From positions 242,136 through 306,135 of the forward strand of contig CAWGPD010000001.1 of NCBI GenBank assembly GCA_963824385.1: a DNA stretch of 64,000 nt. Reading direction: 5' to 3'. Under the pieces are notes generated by a model, which worked only from the letters and a program-made list of their open reading frames with translations, ran no database searches and had not been told where the DNA came from. The DNA comes from an uncultured Nitrososphaerota archaeon (GTDB taxonomy: Archaea; Thermoproteota; Nitrososphaeria; Nitrososphaerales; Nitrosopumilaceae). Shown in pieces: positions 61,268 to 64,000 of this stretch. Within the stretch, counting starts at the first letter, position 1. Each line of letters opens with the position of its first letter. The position numbers were made by a program, and so were the translations under genes.

Positions 61268-63051
61268 CGGGAATAATGAACCCCAGTTTCTTTATGGCGC
61301 TTCGAAAGGCACGGCTATTCCGCCTGGGCACCGCGAGCCGCCGGTCGCCGGCCAGCCAGCAATGCTTTCCGGCCTGGGAGTCATGCGCAATCAGAGCGGC
61401 AGTCGCCTCGTCCGCCACTTCGATGAGCAGCGCCTCCTCGACTGACTGCACGACGGTCCCCCGGCGGGCAAGGTCCGCGAGCATCGTCTGCACCGTTTCA
61501 GGGATGGGAGGGGCGCAGTTGCTTTCCAGAAACTGGAGCGCGTCTTCCACTTTGCCGCCGGATTCCAGGTGATTGAGGATGCGGACCGGATCCAGCTCCC
61601 AAAGATGGTCGCTCTTTTCCGTGGCAAACAAGCGCCAGCAAGTGGCGGTCCGCCGGCGACAGTTGCTGGCCGTCCACGAGCGCGATTTCCCGGTTGGGCA
61701 GGACCCGCCAACTTCGCGGCTCGGACGGAACGGCAGGCTGGTAGACGTCACTCGCGCCCAGGCAATAGGCCCCGAGCGCGTTGAGGCTTCATGTAAAGCA
61801 GCCCGTCGTAACGGCTACAGAAACAAATCTCGTCGATACCCCAGGAGTCATCCCAACTCCGGCCACAGATCGTGGGGGTACACGTAGGCGACGTCGATCA
61901 GGCCGAGCGTGGCCAAGGATTCGAACAGGAACGCGCGCAGGTACTGCCGGTTGATCTGGCCGCCTTGGCCGTCCAGCGACCCATACTGAAGCTCTCCGAA
62001 GTACAGCGTATCGTCGGCGTTGGACACCCGAAAATGGTGGCCCGTGGCGAGCAGGAAGCGGTCCGCTTCATCGAAGGCGATCCACTGGTTGACCGGCCAT
62101 CGAGCGATGGATTTCGAGATCGCGTGCCGCCGATCTGCGGGAGGCGTGAGGTAACGTTTGCCGCCGCCCGACTGCCCCCGAATATGGTTGATGCGGTTAA
62201 GTTCATCGAACGCATCGTCGCGCAGGAAGGCTTGAACACCCGCCGAGAATTTCGACTCGTCCATGGAAGACAGCAGGGCTTGCCCTTCTGGGGTCAAGGC
62301 CAGCCGGCCGCCTTTGGCTTTTGCCCATTTGCACTGCTGCACCAGCACACCCCAGGCGTGAGCGCGGATGGCGCCTCCTGGGTCAGTGTATTCGCCGTCG
62401 GCTTCCGGCGGCTCGTCCACCTGGAAGTCCGAAACCACCAGTACCTCGGAAATCAACTGGACTGCATTCTCCGTGGGGCGGCCCCCCTTGTCCGTTACCC
62501 TCAGCTTGCCCGCTTGCACGAACTTCAGCACGGATCGCAACTCCGGCGAAGACAATCCGCTCGCCTTCGTGGATGTGAATCGGGCGTGGGGCTGGATTGC
62601 GCCAGCCGTCTATCTGAGGCGTGTATTCTTTCGGAAGGGTCTCCACGGTTTGGGTGGTCACGGGCGCCGGTTTCTCTAACAACACACGGAGCCGTTCCAC
62701 TATCGAGTGGGGCATCTCCCACGTGCCATCCTGATATTCGAGCAACAGAAACAACGGGGTTCTGGTGGATGCCCAATGGGGATTTTCGGGAAGCGGACAA
62801 GCTACTCCGTACTTAGCCCGAAAGGCCGTCGGATCTACCCAACCCTTGTTGTGGGCGGCTTCCGCCAGCAACCGCTTTTCCGCCACGGAGCAATGGGCCA
62901 CTAAGTCGTTCAGGCGCTCGCGCACGTAGCGGCCGAGTTCAGCGATCAGCTCCGGCTTACGGGTGATCGTCTTCGCCAGCCCCAGTTGGCGGGCGAGCGC
63001 CTTGAGCACGTCGGCATTCAACGTCGGCAGCAATTCGGTTGTCATCGGCAT
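61248..63051 (-). CDS. Bacterial helicase-associated (XPB N-terminal-like) protein, multiple frameshifts
   Basis: IRAHAWGVLVQ, DELNRI..IRGQ, FESLATLGLIDVAY, SRYDGL..LNALGAYCLG; C-terminal FRSAIKKLGF overlapping the XPB start. Confidence 0.75.
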
Positions 63052-63345
63052 CTCCGCTATACTCGCATAGGATGAACTTGTTGCCAAGGATTCAGCCGGG
63101 GCGGGAGCTTCAATGACCACCGATTGGTGTGTATTTAGCGCCTGTTTCCATGGGACTGCGTTGCCCAACCCATCACCGGGCCCTGCACTGGTGTGATGTT
63201 CGCCGCCAGTTTCTCTCGTGCGATGGGTATAATGCAGTGGCCTCCGAGGATACTTGTGGCCAGGTCAACCGAGCCCAATCGCCGCGGCAGGCTTGGCCCA
63301 TCCTTCCAGGGCTGGATATTCAAATTCGCGAATCAGGACGGCCCC

Positions 63346-64000
63346 ATGAATAGGAGAACCTTCAACCGGATTCTCGCGTTGAGCGGAACCGGCAGCGCCC
63401 TCAAAGCAAAATCCATGCTTGCCTCGTTCCGCGGGTATTCGCAGGCTCCCCGGCTGCCGGATTCCATTCCTCCGTTTGCCCCGTTGCGGTTCGACACGGT
63501 CAGCTATTGCGTCAACGGAAAGCCAATGTATTTGTATTCCGGCGAATTTCACTATTTCCGCGTCCCCAGGGCGGATTGGCGGCGGCGCATGGAACTCTTT
63601 CGGGAAGCTGGCGGGAACTGCGTTTGTACTTATGTCCCGTGGTACTTGCATGAGCCCGAGGAAGGCAAGATCGTCTTTAGCAGTAAGAGCGGAGCGCTGA
63701 ATTTCGAAGAATTCCTCCGGACGGCGCAGGATGTAGGTCTTTATGTGATCGCCCGGCCCGGTCCCTATGTGTATAGCGAAATGAAGTACGACGGCCTGCC
63801 GGGTTGGCTCTGCGAGAACTACCCGGAATTGCGCGCGCACAACCTCGACGGCCAACCGTTTCGGGTTGCATCCGTTTCCTACGTTCATCCGCTCTTCTTG
63901 GAGAAAGCGCGGAAATGGTTTGACCACGTTGCGCCGATTATCGCCGCACACTCGACTTCCCGCGGCGGCCCCGTGGCTCTTACACAATTTGACGATGAAA
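63346..64000 (+). CDS. Tat-exported glycoside hydrolase family 35 (beta-galactosidase-like), 3'-partial
   Basis: Manual translation: MNRRTF.. Tat motif, then SGEFHYFRVP..W, TYVPW.LHEPEEG, VIARPGPY..SE...GLPGWL, GGPV; open to the window end. Confidence 0.9.
   Translation, partial: MNRRTFNRILALSGTGSALKAKSMLASFRGYSQAPRLPDSIPPFAPLRFDTVSYCVNGKPMYLYSGEFHYFRVPRADWRRRMELFREAGGNCVCTYVPWYLHEPEEGKIVFSSKSGALNFEEFLRTAQDVGLYVIARPGPYVYSEMKYDGLPGWLCENYPELRAHNLDGQPFRVASVSYVHPLFLEKARKWFDHVAPIIAAHSTSRGGPVALTQFDDE

Noticed and set aside
61012..62816. Long plus-strand ORFs in the GC-rich segment
   Set aside because: They are antisense shadows of the minus-strand helicase-associated gene, common in GC-rich DNA.
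63265..63987. 240-aa minus-strand ORF from the track
   Set aside because: It is the antisense shadow of the plus-strand GH35 gene, which has clear motifs.
60872..64000. Horizontally transferred bacterial island
   Set aside because: Adapter-like sequence at the junction, a gene cut mid-domain and no mobility genes make a chimera more likely.

Overview
Bases 1 to ~60,845 are AT-rich DNA typical of an ammonia-oxidising archaeon (Nitrososphaerota/Thaumarchaeota, probably Nitrosotalea-like). The evidence is five PEF[G/P]-CTERM surface proteins, roadblock-like sensor proteins, TRAM and CxxC-x17-CxxC proteins, and TATA boxes about 25-30 nt before start codons. Main contents: (1) a copper island (1-5,864) with a Cu(I) P1B-ATPase, a YHS/TRASH chaperone, three Met-rich membrane or surface proteins, and a 35-aa, 10-Cys metallothionein-like ORF (3580-3687) missing from the ORF track; (2) a polyhydroxyalkanoate locus (14.0-21.5 kb) with phaC/phaE, an AbrB-type PhaR-like regulator, phasin-like proteins and candidate depolymerases, sharing an apparently bidirectional TATA promoter with a semialdehyde dehydrogenase; (3) signalling and redox genes and many unannotated microproteins (Zn fingers, a 17-aa Lys/Ala peptide, a 42-aa acidic peptide). 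At ~60,846-60,871 a degraded nanopore-adapter-like sequence joins this DNA to GC-rich bacterial DNA (truncated XPB-type helicase, helicase-associated protein, Tat-exported GH35 enzyme), so the last ~3.1 kb is most likely a chimera artefact. About ten genes carry single-base frameshifts consistent with long-read indel errors. I recognised no rRNA, tRNA, CRISPR array or IS element. All family assignments come from motif recognition by eye, not database searches.
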